From Anthoceros angustus (Eukaryota; Plantae; Anthocerotophyta), in the NCBI GenBank assembly GCA_010909165.1, contig MU008169.1:682001-746000 (forward strand): a DNA stretch of 64,000 bases. Reading direction: 5' to 3'. The notes beneath the pieces were generated by a model. The model saw only the letters and a program-made list of their open reading frames with translations, was not told where the DNA came from and did not search any database. A program made the translations under genes and the position numbers. Within the stretch, counting starts at the first letter, position 1. Every line of letters begins with the position of its first letter. Of the stretch, positions 50,909-63,159 are shown in pieces.

Positions 50909-51106
50909 TGTCACATGGACCGGGCACAGGATGTGAGAGACATATATTGGATTGATTAGCAATGAGAGAAGTGTACATGTATGTCGTTCGGGTACGTGCT
51001 TAAGCGGCGCCTTTTTGTAACCGTTCGGTGATGCATTACGCTTGAGTTCTAAAAATATGTTAAAGAAGCTGAAACGTGCCTAAGGCGAGATGCTACTACT
51101 TTTAGA
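50909..51106 (-). repeat. 5' LTR of copia C
   Basis: Matches 28421-28628. Confidence 0.85.
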
Positions 51107-51589
51107 TGTCACCCTAACCTCTCTAGCCAAAAGGCGAAGATGAGGATGCGGGTGGGGACCAGACAATGAGGGGTTTGGCGATGGCATTACAGATGGCCCC
51201 CGCAGTGTGGATCATATCCAGCCCCGGCAGCAGGATGGAGGGATAGTGATGGGGCGAGAGGTGGATGTGAATGGGATTTGGTCATCCATGGCACTCAAAG
51301 GGTTCAATTCGATCCGATTCTTGGGGTAGACAATCGAGGAAAAAGAGGAAGGGATTGAGAGTCTTTGGCAATCGCGTGGAGGACGGCGGGGTGGGAAGGT
51401 CAACAAGTGCGGCGAAGCAGCATGGCACATGATGTCCGAGGGGCCAAGAGCTCCCAAAGTTCATAGAAGGCCAAGGGCAGTCTTTGTAGCCACGGATGAC
51501 GAGGCTAGCGAGGCCGGAGAGATGTTGCGAGGGAGGCAATTGCGGGAAAGAGAGTATGGAGTCCACGTTAAAGCTGTCCATCAATGTTG

Positions 51590-52030
51590 TAGACCTCGTA
51601 AGAACTATGTCACTTTGGCAAGTACGTAAGCTAGACTGGCTTGGGTGGAGGCTTTGATGCAAAAGATGAAGCATTCCACGGGTGGTCAGGTGTCACCATG
51701 ATTGTCAATAGACCCGGCCCAAAGGTCCCAACAAGAACTTCTTTGACATGGATAAGGTGGATCGGGGTGTACAAATTTTATGTATTGAGGAGGAATCATT
51801 CCTTCGGGCCGAGATCTAGACTAGCCGACTTGTATCCATTGGTTCAAGAGTGTGGATGGATGCATATGTTCTTGCTGGCCTCACAAATGAGGAGATGAGG
51901 TTAGTAACCGATCACAACACCATTGCGGATGCCGGAAGACTTTTACTTTCATCGGCCGTGTGAGGTACATCGTAATCCTAGATGAAGGCCAGCTAGTTGA
52001 TGGGTCAAGACTTAGACTGAAGTTGGAGAT
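51590..52030 (+). pseudogene. ParB-like domain of the element X cargo gene
   Basis: Across frameshifts: VEALMQKMK...MIV...FFDMDKV..YKFYVL-GNHSF...WMDAYVLAGLTNEEMRLVTDHN...FTFIGRVRYI; parallels GGNH...VYRGL...HYNN...MNFIEQRYL in element B. Confidence 0.65.
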
Positions 52031-52039
52031 TGTGGGCTA

Positions 52040-55000
52040 TGCACTTCGGGAGTTAGGAAATAAGTAGGGTCGCTTTTTTTTAGGATTGAAGGATAAATAA
52101 GGCGGAAAAGGAGGAATAAATTGGGGTAGCGCCGGACGAGGCCCCGAGTATACTCCGACTGAGTGAACAACGGACCCCACCACTATGGCAAGCTCCGACA
52201 CGCCGAGTAACGGATAAGTCCGGAACCCACCAGTCAAAATAGGATAAGTACGCCAGGAAAGTAACCTAGGAGCGAGGCGTGAGGATGACGAGGCGGCGCC
52301 ACGTGACGGCCCCGAGTGGAGGTCGGCATGCGAGGCCAGACTGAATTCCTGAGGCCGCGGCAGGTATTCACGCCCGCGGCCGCGCGAAGGCCGCAGTAAG
52401 CGGAAGCGAGGGTCGCACGCCATGCACTGCGCACGACAACGAAGAGGCGCCTTTCCAGCTTACTTCCACAAGCGCCAAGGAGGAGGTCAGCTGCGCAGCC
52501 GCATAATCCTCATACCCCTGCGCCCGCAATCCGGCTCTCGGGCGCTTTTGGCCGGGCGCCACCTTAGAGCGTGGCGCACCAAGGTTGGAGCAACGAACGC
52601 GGGCGAAGGAGGAACATCGTGCCGACGCCAGCAGCCTACAAGAATAAGAGGAGGAGAAGCAATGGCACCCAAAAGCCGACGGAAGTCTGGGAGCCATGGA
52701 CCGTGGAGCGCAACATTGTGACCCGCTATCCGGACTTCGGCCCCGGCCGAGGAAGGTGTGGAATTGGTGCAGAGTGGCATCCGGACGTGTTCCAAATGGT
52801 CTCGGACTTTGACAACGCTACTCTAGTCCGGAGTTTGCCCAAAGATGTCAAGGGCGATCAACAAGGAGGTCCGATCCAAGAACCTCCGGAGGACCCGAGG
52901 CGATGGACCTTGAGGTCCCGAGGATGGCCTACAACCGCTAAGGAGGAAGAAGGGGCGTGGTGCCGAGCCGGCGTAAGGGAAGATAGGGCCAGCCACGGCC
53001 TGAGGCTCGAACGCAGCGACAACCAACGGATGGTTGATATCCGATCCGGATACCGAGTAAGGGCGGTAGCCCGATCATTGTCCATTGAACTCGCCACCAA
53101 GGTGGATCACCTTGGTGATAACCTGCTGGTATTCTCGCATGCGCCCAATGGGAAGAGAGCGACTGGGAAGGATTATCTTCGCCTGTCGGGCCAGAGGCAC
53201 GCAAGCTAAGGAGCGAGAAGCCTCATGATCGACCCCATACCCGATTCATGTATGGGGACATTTCGAGCTCCTCAAGGAGGAGAGCTTGAGCGGGCGCCCA
53301 AGGGGCCGGAGGCCCCGCCAAGTAGAGCGAGCAAGGGCGCCTGAGGTGGGGGTCGCCTTCAAGACCAAGCGACTGGAGGAGGACGATCGGGAGGGATTCC
53401 TGACTCCATACGCCCTGAGCGAACCCCTCACCACCAGTGAAGTTTGGGAGGCGACCCCCTTCCTCCTTTTGGTGCCCTCCGAGCACCAAGATGTGAGGGA
53501 GCCGATGCCGGAGGGCGCTGGCGGCCCGACCGGCTGACAACAGCCCAACAACCACGACTACCGGCCGAGCCCCGACGAACTCCGGGAGCCAAGAGGCTAA
53601 GACGGTGCCGCTTACCAACGCAAAGACCGAAGGTGCAGACTTTACCCCGCCTACGAGTGGCAAGAGGTCAAGAGGCGTAAGGAGAGTGAAGGGACGTGCC
53701 CAAGGAGCAGGAGGTCACCGCAGCACCCCTCGAGCCGGGCCTGCCCCGGCTGTGAAGGGGCAAAAGAGCTTGCTCCCTGACCCCTCACCTCCTCCTCCGA
53801 GCCCTGTGGAGAAAGAGGGCACAAAGGAGTTAGAGGCCAAGAGGGCCAAGAGGGTGAGACTGACTCACCACTCAGACCCGAGGGTCCCGATTAGGTCCGA
53901 GAACCCACCGACTTACTCCGGATCATATGGAGGTCCTCGGATCGAGAAATGCCGGCCTACTCACGGACTTTGTGGGGCCTCATCTGGCCGTGGAAGAAAC
54001 ACGGCGAAGTTCCGCTATGGACGGAATGCTTTGGGGTCTCGTGGTACATGGAGAAGACCCAGAAGTGGAGGCCACCCGAGGAGGATGGTGGAACCCAAGA
54101 GCAAGTGAAGGCCCGAGGGCAAAGGAAAGGCGGAGTCCTCGCCGGATCGAGGAAGGGAACGTGGTGGAGCGCGAGGCCCGGGCGCGGTTCAGCAGACTGG
54201 TTAAGGTTCTTCACCGTATGCACAAGCAAGCTCAGAGGCCCAAGCGCGGAGGACCTTGCAGAAGAGGGAAGCGCAGCAGGAGGCGGAAGAGGCCCGGCAC
54301 AAGAGAGAGCTGGGACCGAGGCGGGCGGCCAGAGTGGGCATGGGCGAGGCCTGCATAAAGGCGGCGAAGGAGCTCAAGTCAGCAAGAGCGACCGGATCAC
54401 TACAGCACGTGATCGAACCGTGGAGAGACAGCCGAGTAACTCAAGGCCGCAAGACATGGAGCAGTAAGGCCAAGACTGGGAGATAGAGGATCTCCGAGCA
54501 CACCGCAGGAGGTAGAAGGAGGCGCAGCAGATGGAGGATGCAAGGACACGCTGGAGCTACAACCCAAGATGCCGAGCAAGCAGTGATTCTCAACGAGAGA
54601 ATCCACGACTGAGCACGAAATGTAGCAGCCTCTGGCCTCAAGACGGAGGAAAATCGCGACTATCCAAGGAGTTGGACGCTGCCATGGTATGAGCCGGAGG
54701 AAGTCCCGAGCCTGGACGGAGGTATCCGATCACTGGAGAGGAGCAGGTAAAGGCCGTAATGAACGGGAGCGAGCAATGAAGTAAAAGAAGCCGCCGTCCA
54801 CCGAGAAAGGCGGGAACGCCGCGCCATGGCGGTAAGTCGGAATGGAAGGAAACGACGGAGCTGGAGCAAGTGAGCAACAATGGCATGCAGGAGGTGACCG
54901 AGGCCGCCTTGTAGCCTCACGGATACACCGGCCCACCAACCGGGTGAGAGGTGGCTCAACAAGGCAAAGACGCCCACCCGAACACTTATGGCGAGGGAGA

Positions 55001-55630
55001 CGGTGCCCGCACACGTGGAAGAGGCAATTCAACAAGTCGATCTTTGCCTATTACCACGCCGAGCCCTCGGCGAGGGAAGCCTCGACTACCGCAAACGGAC
55101 GGACCGGAAGGCTCAAGGAGATGAAGGCCACGGGACAAGACAGGACCCTAGTGGCCTGCTTTGGAGATGACGGAGCGCGGAGAGGAGCAACTGGAGCGTA
55201 ATCCAGGAGCGATGCGATCGAGAGGTAAGCACCCCGCACCTCACCATGGAAGGAGGGGCAACAAGGGAGTCACCCATGATCGGGAACAAATGGGAGGACT
55301 TCGAGGGAGAGCCACGGAGGAGTCCCGGGGAGGAAACCCGTGAGTCCCACTTTGTCCCGGACCGAGGGAGGCCGGACCGAAGTCCGGACCAGAATAAGTC
55401 CGACTCAAGTCCGGACTGATAATAAGTCCTGACCTCGTCCTGGACCCCAAATAAACGGGACCCCGAGGTCCCGGACCCCGTAGAGCAAGGTCTGACCTAG
55501 CCACGGACTGCAGAGCTCTGACTGGAGTTCGGAGTCGAGACAGACCGAGACCGGGCTGCAGAAGAAGGAGGAGCCCCCTTCGACTGGCTTGGGGAGCGAT
55601 GGTCAGGCCGTGAAGGACCCAGTGGAGAGG
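52040..55630 (+). mobile_element. degenerate insert resembling the accessory-ORF/repeat region of a Ty3/gypsy (Tat/Athila-like) element
   Basis: ORF 52571-53209, then coiled-coil-like EAQQEAEEARHKRE region and gtccggac-rich repeats at 55360-55470; no gag/pol motif seen. Confidence 0.35.
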
Positions 55631-55639
55631 CTCAGAAGG

Positions 55640-55900
55640 GTATTAAAGTTTCAATATACTTAGACTAATACACTTAGTCTAAGTTAGGTGTCGCTTATAT
55701 CATTAGCTTAGCTTAAGCTAATCACTAGGAAGCTTCTTGTGCTCCTTCCTAGGAGCTTCTTGTGGAGCTTCCTAGGAGCTATTGAGGGTATAAATACCTC
55801 CAAGCCTCATCTCAAATATAGAGAGCTACTTGCCTCCTCCTCTCCTCTCCTCCTTCCACCAAAGATGGTCGCCCCACGATCCTTCAACCGGTATCGAGCC
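55640..55900 (+). repeat. LTR-like segment with TATA box and PBS
   Basis: tataaata at 55789; ends ccttCA at 55886, followed by cggtatcgagcc (near TGGTATCGAGC); no partner LTR found in the window. Confidence 0.55.
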
Positions 55901-57229
55901 ATGGTTTGGTTGTGTTGTGATGCTAGAATTTTCTAGTCAGTGATCCAGACACCGAGTGCGAAGATGCCGCGAGCGATGAGGCCGCGAGCGAGGCAAGCCG
56001 ACCTGGCGGCCGGGCCACGTGAGGCTGCGGATGACACGCGGGCCGGGCGCTGGGCGGCGCGCGAGACGCACGGCCAGCCTGGCCGCAGCTCGCCGGGGCG
56101 GCTGGCGCTGCGGGCGGGCTGGAGGGCGCGCCGCGGGCCGCAACCCGGGCGCTGAGCGCCCAGGGCCGCGCTGGGCGGCTCGGAGCGCTGGCAGCGCCGG
56201 CCCGCTGGGCCGCGGGCGGGCGAGCGCGCCGCCGGGCGCCTGGGGCCCGCGGCCCGCAGGGCGCGCCGCTGGCGCTCAGCCCGCTGGGCGCAGCGCAAGG
56301 CCCGCAGGGCGGGCGGCGCCGGCAGCGCGCCAGGCGCGCTGGCGCTAGCGGAGGGTGGCGCGCGGCGCAGCGCGCCGCGGTGGCGGCAGCCGCGGGCGCT
56401 GCNCGCCGACTTACGCTGAGGCCGATGGTGGTGGCCCCGGGAAGGACGAGGGAGAGGCGAGGAGGATGGCGTGTGGTAAGCGGTTGTCAGCCGCCGATAA
56501 TAACGGCGGGATTCGGGAGAGGAGGGCCCGCCTCACGGATCATCCGATTGGGTGCACAAGCTGTCGGAATGAAGTTGGACCACCCATTCCGGGCGGAGGA
56601 CCTTCCACATCGTGAAGGAGATAGGGGAAATAGGTGGTAGGCGGCGATTAGGGTATACCGGTGCTGCTCGGCTCGAGAGAAGTGTAATAAAGGCGCCACC
56701 TTGGGCATGATATAAGAATGAAATTTGCTCTAGTAAAGCATCTTTCTCTTGGTGTTGATGCGTTCTTGCGGACCTTTGTGAGTCTTCTTGCTAACGTGAG
56801 TCTGAGTCAGCGGCGAGCACGGCGGACTCGGGAGATTGATCAAGGTCCCGGTGGCGGACTTAGCGTTGTGGTGTGTGCGGGGAAGGGTGGAGTGATCGTG
56901 CGTCCGGAGCAGCGGTCCGGCAATTTGGGCAGCGTGTAGGAGGAACTCGGGAGGGTGTGTAGGGACGGAGAGGCCGGAGGCAGCGAGGAGGAGGTCGTGC
57001 GTAACCAGCGTCTTTTCTAAGGCGAAGAGTGTAGCGTGAGAGGAGAGAGGAAAGGGCCGGATGCGTGAAGGATGTATGTGAGCGATCTGGAGACAGGTCC
57101 TTAAGCGTTTAGCCATCACGGGCTGTCTGGTGAAGCGTTGTGAGTAGTTAGGAGTATGTGTGTGAGTTGGGGTGAGCAGGCGCTAAGGGCGGTAGAATCA
57201 CACGAGCAGCGGTAAAGCGGGCCTATCAT

Positions 57230-58620
57230 TCCCTTGGGAACGGACTTCTTCCTACAACGACACGGGATTGTGCGCTGGCTACATCGGCAAAAGTCCCGCC
57301 GAGATATATGCCCGGTGGCGAGGGTTCCTAAGTGGGATGCGGCCAAGCATGGACCTAAGGTCAGCTATCACCTCGTGGATAACCAGGACCTTTGGATTAT
57401 TGTGTTGCGAAGGTTGATGATGAGGTGTGGAAGTACGTGGATGAAATCTTTGAGAAGTGGAGGCAAGCGTTGCACAGCGGTGGAGCGGCTCGGGCTCTCA
57501 CACAAGCGTCGAAGGAATTCAAGGAAGACAACGGCAGTTAGAGCAAACTTGGTCATTGACACAAAGGAGCTTAGTATACCGGTGAGGGTATGGAAGTGTT
57601 TCGAGGGCATCGAGCGATCTGCGGTGGGAACAACTTGAAGACGACATGCATGAAAGTCCAGGAGAATTGACATTGAAACAAATGTTCGTGTGGGTGGACA
57701 AGGCCAAAAACTCAACCTCATCCATGTGACAGCCAAGCATTTGCACCTGAGACATTTGAAGAGGTTCGAGAAGCGATATCCCGATTCTTGCATGGTGAAT
57801 CATTAGTAACTTCACTGCCTTCAAAAATGGGTCCTCGATGAACACTTAGCTATACCCAAATCGAGTTTCTCTCTTGTCGCTTCTTGTCCTTATAAGTCAT
57901 GGAAAGTGGAGGCATTCACCGTACATTCGAGCGGTAGAGCGTCATTTGGTGGGATGTGTCTTTCATGTGCGTGCCAACACTTGCCTTGAGTGGGGTGCCC
58001 TACACGAGAACTTCAAGGAGCACATATTCAAGGCGAGCTTGGAAGCGGATGGAGGAGTCGGCGTGCCTTGAAATCGACCACACGAGGATAAGGCGTGACA
58101 ATCGTGAGCGACTCCAAGCCGAAAAACCCGGCAAGGTCGGGATCTTGTGTGGGAACATAGTGAACATGGCCCGGTTGTAGAGCCGACCGTATGCTTTGTT
58201 GTTGTTAGACCTCCCAGGCTTGGATCTAGATCCCCAATCACGAGAGTATGACACAAGATTTACCAAGGCGAGTTTGAAGGGGTCATCATGCGGTTCAAAG
58301 GCATCACCACATCCCTGTATTTCGTATTGTGGTCTTCCATTCTCCGGATGACACATCTATGGTTAGAGAAGTCTTGATGGAAGCGTGCGGTCTTTGTGAC
58401 ATGCGGCATAAAACCAATGTGAGCATTGTCGAGGACATGCGATCACGAGGACTTTTCACTTGCGCGCAGAGCTTGGATAAGGATTGTGTGCCTCAACCGT
58501 TTGTGCTCGAGAACCAGCGCAACTTGGCGGTGGAGTGACAACATGTTTGCGAGCGCGGTGGAACTAAAATTGTGTTACAACACTGCGGATGATCGGGTTG
58601 TTTCCCCTATCGAAGCCCCT
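57230..58620 (+). pseudogene. helical region + methyltransferase-like domain of the element X cargo gene (decayed)
   Basis: DEVWKYVDEIFEKW vs RVWENVDKIFTKW in B; PYALLLLDLP-GLDL...FRIVVFHSPDDTSMVREVL vs KYTLLVMDVPRGFDI...FRIIVMHGVEEAHTVREAM. Confidence 0.7.
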
Positions 58621-58725
58621 AAGACTCTTGAAGAGGTTGATTCATGTCTGATGAGGGAGATTGGGTCTTTGGGCGGGCGAGGATCGGGTCGGGTATGATA
58701 GCATTTATTCGATTATGCCGTAATG

Positions 58726-60250
58726 TCATTTGTTGATGTGGATCCGTGCGCAATTCATGGACCTTGAATCAATTCCATGGACGGTGGCCGGAAGGAGGAG
58801 GTGGGCGAGGAGCACAGCTATGGAGGCGGAAAGGCGTTCAATAAGGAGCCCATGGTGAACAACATGGTGGTGCCGGGGTTCATATGTCGTTGAGCGAGAC
58901 CAGGGAAGCGAGACCAAGGGTCATATGGCATGTGGTGAAGCTGCGACAACTCAATGGTCCTTGGGGATGCGGGCGGCAAGTGAAGGAGGCGAAGAGCACC
59001 CTCCTCGGGTGTGTAGCGGATGGTGGGGATGTAGGATTGGAAAACTTTGCTTCCAGATCGAGGTGTGTCGTGCGGACGTGGATAGGCTACGTGTTTGTTT
59101 CGAGGATTACGGTAGGAGGAACCGGTGGGTCTTAAAGCCGGACGGCCGGTGGTATCGCACTGGTAGAACGTGCATGGCGGGCTATGAACACAACAAACAC
59201 ATCGGTGCAAGGTCCTGGAGCGGACCTAGACAACGAACACGGTGGTGGAGCACGCAAGCTAGGAAGCATGGGAGTGGTGGCATTCGAGAATGTGTTCGGT
59301 GATTGTGTGGGTATTTGATGAGCGAGATCATGGGCGTTTGCGCCATCGAGCAAGGTATGGATTTCACGAAACAACGGACCGATTTCAAAGAAGCGCGTCG
59401 CGTCCATTCGCTGCAGGCGGATCAATACAATCGCCAAATCGTTTCCTAATCTCCACGCTAGGAAGACTATGTATGTTGTAAACCCACGAGATAAAAGCGG
59501 CGGTGTCTGAAGATGGATGTCATGTGACAATCCAACTCAAACACGCGATGTTCAATCGCTTTCACAGATAGTCGCACTAACACCGCCTCACACACATGTA
59601 GCATATGACTTTCTCCAATTTTATCCTTGACCACGAGTACACAGACATGTCGGTGCTCCTTTGCCCTCCACACCATTCACCGCTCCAACCCCGAGGAATC
59701 CGGTGTTGATCAACACGTTACCAGATGTCACGAGTTTGCGCCGACTCCGCCTCAACCGAAATTCCTTAAGGACCAAGCAATGAAGCGGGGCGGGATCACT
59801 CCAGCGTGCTTGAAAGGAACCCCATGTTGTGATTGCCACCAGTGCGGTCAACTTCCAATTTCCATCGCCCATGTGGAATTCTCGTTTGATGGTCGGTATC
59901 GGAGGTGAGGTCTCCATCGCATGCAATATTCCGGGTGGCAAGCCACTTCCAAAGCGATTCGACGGTCGCGGCTCGGTGTCTGAGACATGAGCGGGGCGTC
60001 AAATCTTCCTCCACTCCTGCGACATTGGGGAGATGCAAGGTTTATGCCGCAGGCGTCCGGTGCCACCACGACCCTCCCACTAATAGAGGGTGACCATGAC
60101 GGTGGACACCGACTCAACACATATGGACTTTCCATTGCGCGTTTGCATTTTGTTGTCCATACAAAGTTGCCGATTTTCAAATCTGCGTTTATAGGCAATG
60201 TACCCTGGTTAGCCAAACTAATATGAGATGAGGACATACAAATACGGAAA
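58726..60250 (-). pseudogene. KDZ/Zisupton-like transposase-related gene remnant
   Basis: MGDGNWKL, downstream KIGES, LSHDI, MDA.RF and (H)TSIxxQxF segments in the order expected for the KDZ DG[N]xK...GES...YD...D.FH...N.E..EQ.F motifs; heavily frameshifted. Confidence 0.5.
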
Positions 60251-61563
60251 AGCAGATCCTCTATGATTTGCTCCTAGGTTTAGGGTTTTTTAATGAAATC
60301 AGGAAAACATGGTTTTGGGTGGCTTTTGTATACCTTTCGACCCGGTGTACACCCTTCCAACTAGTGACCAGGAGCCGTCACCAGTCCTAAGGAGACCTTG
60401 TTTAACATGTATGTGTGTTGATCGGATCGAAACCCTAAAACCCTAAACAAGAAAACATGTGCATGACACAATCGGAACGCCAGGCGTCTGATCGGGTCAT
60501 AGAAAGTTTTTACCCCGCGTACGAACCTACAGAAGCTGATGTGGTATGTATTATACGTGTATTGTACATAAATATCTGAAAGATCCGTGGCATATTTCCG
60601 TAGCATACACCCAAAAAAAAGAAAGTCACACACACGCTCTCGTGTGACAAGATCGGTATTCCATAGGGGTTCAACTCTTTAGGTAGATATAGATAGTAAT
60701 AGATATATTTTGTGGAAGTATGATGATGGATATTTGATGGTATCTATGGAGTGTGTTACCAGATTTTTGGGTTAATAATTTATTTTTTTACCTATAGGAG
60801 AGAGCAAATAAACTAAGGTTCGACTTGTCATGTTCGTCGGCAGATAAGAAAAAGATTATCTATAAGAAGAAAAGAAAATCTAATAAATAACACAATAACA
60901 GATATACCTATATATTATAAATAAACTATCAACAAAAATCACGAAACATGAAAATAAAACTTCATACCGGTACCTAATAGAAAGATCATAATTTGCGAGT
61001 GGATAAAATGGTTGTTGTTCCCGCGGAGGTACGAGGGGAGTTAAACAGAAGGCGGGTGGAAGCGGGAGTAGACACGGTGCGGGGCTGTCCCTCTCGTACT
61101 TCACAGCATATTTCCGACAACGGGTTTCAATTGCCCTTCAACGGGCCCTCTCAACGGCGATCCTCCACAAGGCAGCGACAGTAGGTGATGCATCTTCCTC
61201 TACCTCCGTTTATTCTTCCTGCATATCACATTGTGGGTACAATAGGTGATTTTAGATAGGGAACTCAGTTACTCCTCTTCACCTCGACCCCTATCCCTTT
61301 GGTTGTCCCTCCTAGATGGGCTTTTCCCATCGTTTTTTCACCTCAATAAAATCTTTTCCTTTAAGCGGGAGTCATGTGCAGTCATGCGCCCCTGAGAGTG
61401 AGGAAGCCGAAAGCAGTGTAAAAGTGCCGGGCTTCGGATCCGTGGCCGTCTCTGGCTCTGGGTCCAGTAATTGGCAACGGGCATAAAGCCGAATCCCGGC
61501 CTTGAGTTAAGTGTTAGACATCCATGATTTTGAAGCTCTCTGTTAGCATGAGAGGTGGATCAG

Positions 61564-61625
61564 TGTGAGCCATCAGGAATGCAATGTGAGCCATCAGGAA
61601 TGCAGTGTTAGCCATCAGAAATGCA
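61564..61625. repeat. 21-bp tandem repeat x3
   Basis: gtgagccatcaggaatgca(a/g)t units. Confidence 0.9.
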
Positions 61626-61809
61626 AGCACATTCAGCCGGAAAGCAATTGTTTCTGGCAAGCAGACTTGAGCATTGCCCGCTTGGAGCTGATGCCGTTAC
61701 TTCAACGATGCTGTAACGAAACATCTGGATTGACTCTTTCAGTCACTTACTTTCTGGTCCCTGTTGTCCCGAGACCTTCACAAGATGTAGCCTCAATGGT
61801 TGTGACCTC

Positions 61810-62540
61810 TAAGGGGCTAGGTTGCTGAATATCTTATCCTTCTCAAGAAATCCTCACGCTCATCTTTGACTCACCTGGCCTGCAAACATGCCTTCAAACA
61901 GAGTGAAGCGGCTCCGCAAAACAGGTCTAACACAAGCTCACAGCCGCAGGAGATGCAAAGTTTCAAAAGACTGGGCAACAGTGGTGCTTTGAGCCCAGAG
62001 TGCAGCGAAGAACTCCACTCTCATTTCAGCTTTCACATGACCACAGAGACAGCAGACTTGACCACATTCTGAATTTGGCCGACCGGCTTCTGCTGTTGCT
62101 CCGTTTCTATAGCTGCCGCTGAGATCACCACGAGCCCAAAGTCGACGTGACTTCAGGTTCCTAGGTCCTTGTAGGTCAGAATCTGAACAGGCTAAGTCAC
62201 TCAGTGGGCCTCTTCAGGCTCTGACGTACAAGGGCCTAGGTTGCTGAATATCTTTTATCTTCCTCCAAACTATGCTTATCCTCGAGGATCTTGGCGTTGC
62301 TGTCTTCTCTTGGCCTGCAAACATGGCCACGAACTGCCTTCAAACAGAGTGAAGCAGCTCTACAAAAGATGTCAAAGTGAAGCTCACGGCCGCAGGAGAT
62401 ACGAATGGACACCAGTGGTACTCACAGCCCGGAGAGGAGCGAAGAACTCCACATTCATTGCAGCTCTCACATGACCACAGAGACAGGTCAAGTTCTGAAT
62501 TCCGTTCATAGTCATGTATACAGCCGACCGGCTTTCTGCT
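61810..62540. repeat. ~415-bp diverged tandem duplication
   Basis: ctaggttgctgaatatctt...tggcctgcaaacatg...gccttcaaacagagtgaag...tcacatgaccacagagacag at ~61817-62051 and ~62237-62487. Confidence 0.8.
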
Positions 62541-62789
62541 GTTGCTCCGTTTCAATAGCTGCAGGCTGACTACAATGCAGGTTCACTGTTGTGAATAGCA
62601 CAGCAACGCGGAAATGTGCTTTACAAGGGTACCCATAGAACCGCTAAAGGAAACCAAAGTTGATGTTACCTCTCTCCAGGCGCTTCAGCCAAAAGCCTGT
62701 CTCCACAGTTGTGCCATCTCATCTTCCTTGGCCCAGGCCTCTGTGTCTGACATATCTGTGCTCTCTTGACACACAGTGCCTTTCCTCGT

Positions 62790-63000
62790 CGGGAAGGTCT
62801 TCCCTTGGGTGGAGATGTAGTTTCAGGCTCCAAACTTGGACCCTGAACTCGCACTGGGTCTGGAGTATTCGGATCGTAGGTTGGAGATGTAGGCTCAGCC
62901 TCCAAGCTTGCAGCCTGGACTCGCACTGGGTATGGAGTCATCGGACCCTTGGTTGGAGTTGTAGTCTCAGCCTCCAACATGGAAGCCTGGACTGTGACTA
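62790..63000 (-). repeat. ~63-bp in-frame coding repeat x3
   Basis: PVRVQxxSLE(P/A)ExTSP repeats in ORF 62666-63061. Confidence 0.75.
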
Positions 63001-63159
63001 GGCCTCGGGCTAAGCCCTTCATTTTTGCCCGAACCGTGGTGTTGGCTACGGCTGTTCCCATTCAAACCTGCAACTCCTTTGAGCGACGGAGGAGGTCTGG
63101 ACCGCGCAGCCACCCGCGATTTTCTCCAAGGATGATGAGTGTAGTGTGAATAGCAGCCC

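Larger units (their letters stand above)
28421..51106 (-). mobile_element. Ty1/copia element C, interrupted by three insertions
   Basis: Matching LTRs 28421-28628 and 50909-51106; PPT ctcccacttagc 28629-28640; degenerate PBS before 50909; gag-PR-IN-RT-RH pieces in the right order. Confidence 0.85.
21219..60402 (-). mobile_element. large TIR DNA transposon X (DUF7869/Sola-like) expanded by nested insertions; core about 12 kb
   Basis: 26-bp TIRs aacaaggtctccttagggctagtgac (21219-21244) and gtcaccagtcctaaggagaccttgtt (60377-60402), 24/26 identical; TAAC directly outside both ends. Confidence 0.75.
20749..60665. mobile_element. MITE-like shell Y (about 730 bp of its own sequence) split by element X
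   Basis: 22-bp inverted repeat tatggaataccgatct(g/t)gtcac at 20749-20770 and 60644-60665; TSD not resolved. Confidence 0.55.

Noticed and set aside
55940-56420. Extremely GC-rich block with an N at 56403 and several Ala/Arg/Pro-rich ORFs
   Set aside because: Low-complexity and probably low-quality or gap-adjacent sequence; the ORFs follow from GC content.
56480-57200. Weak ParB-like or LINE zf-RVT-like peptide hints
   Set aside because: A much better ParB match for X lies at 51600-52030, and the LINE resemblance rests on a few residues only.
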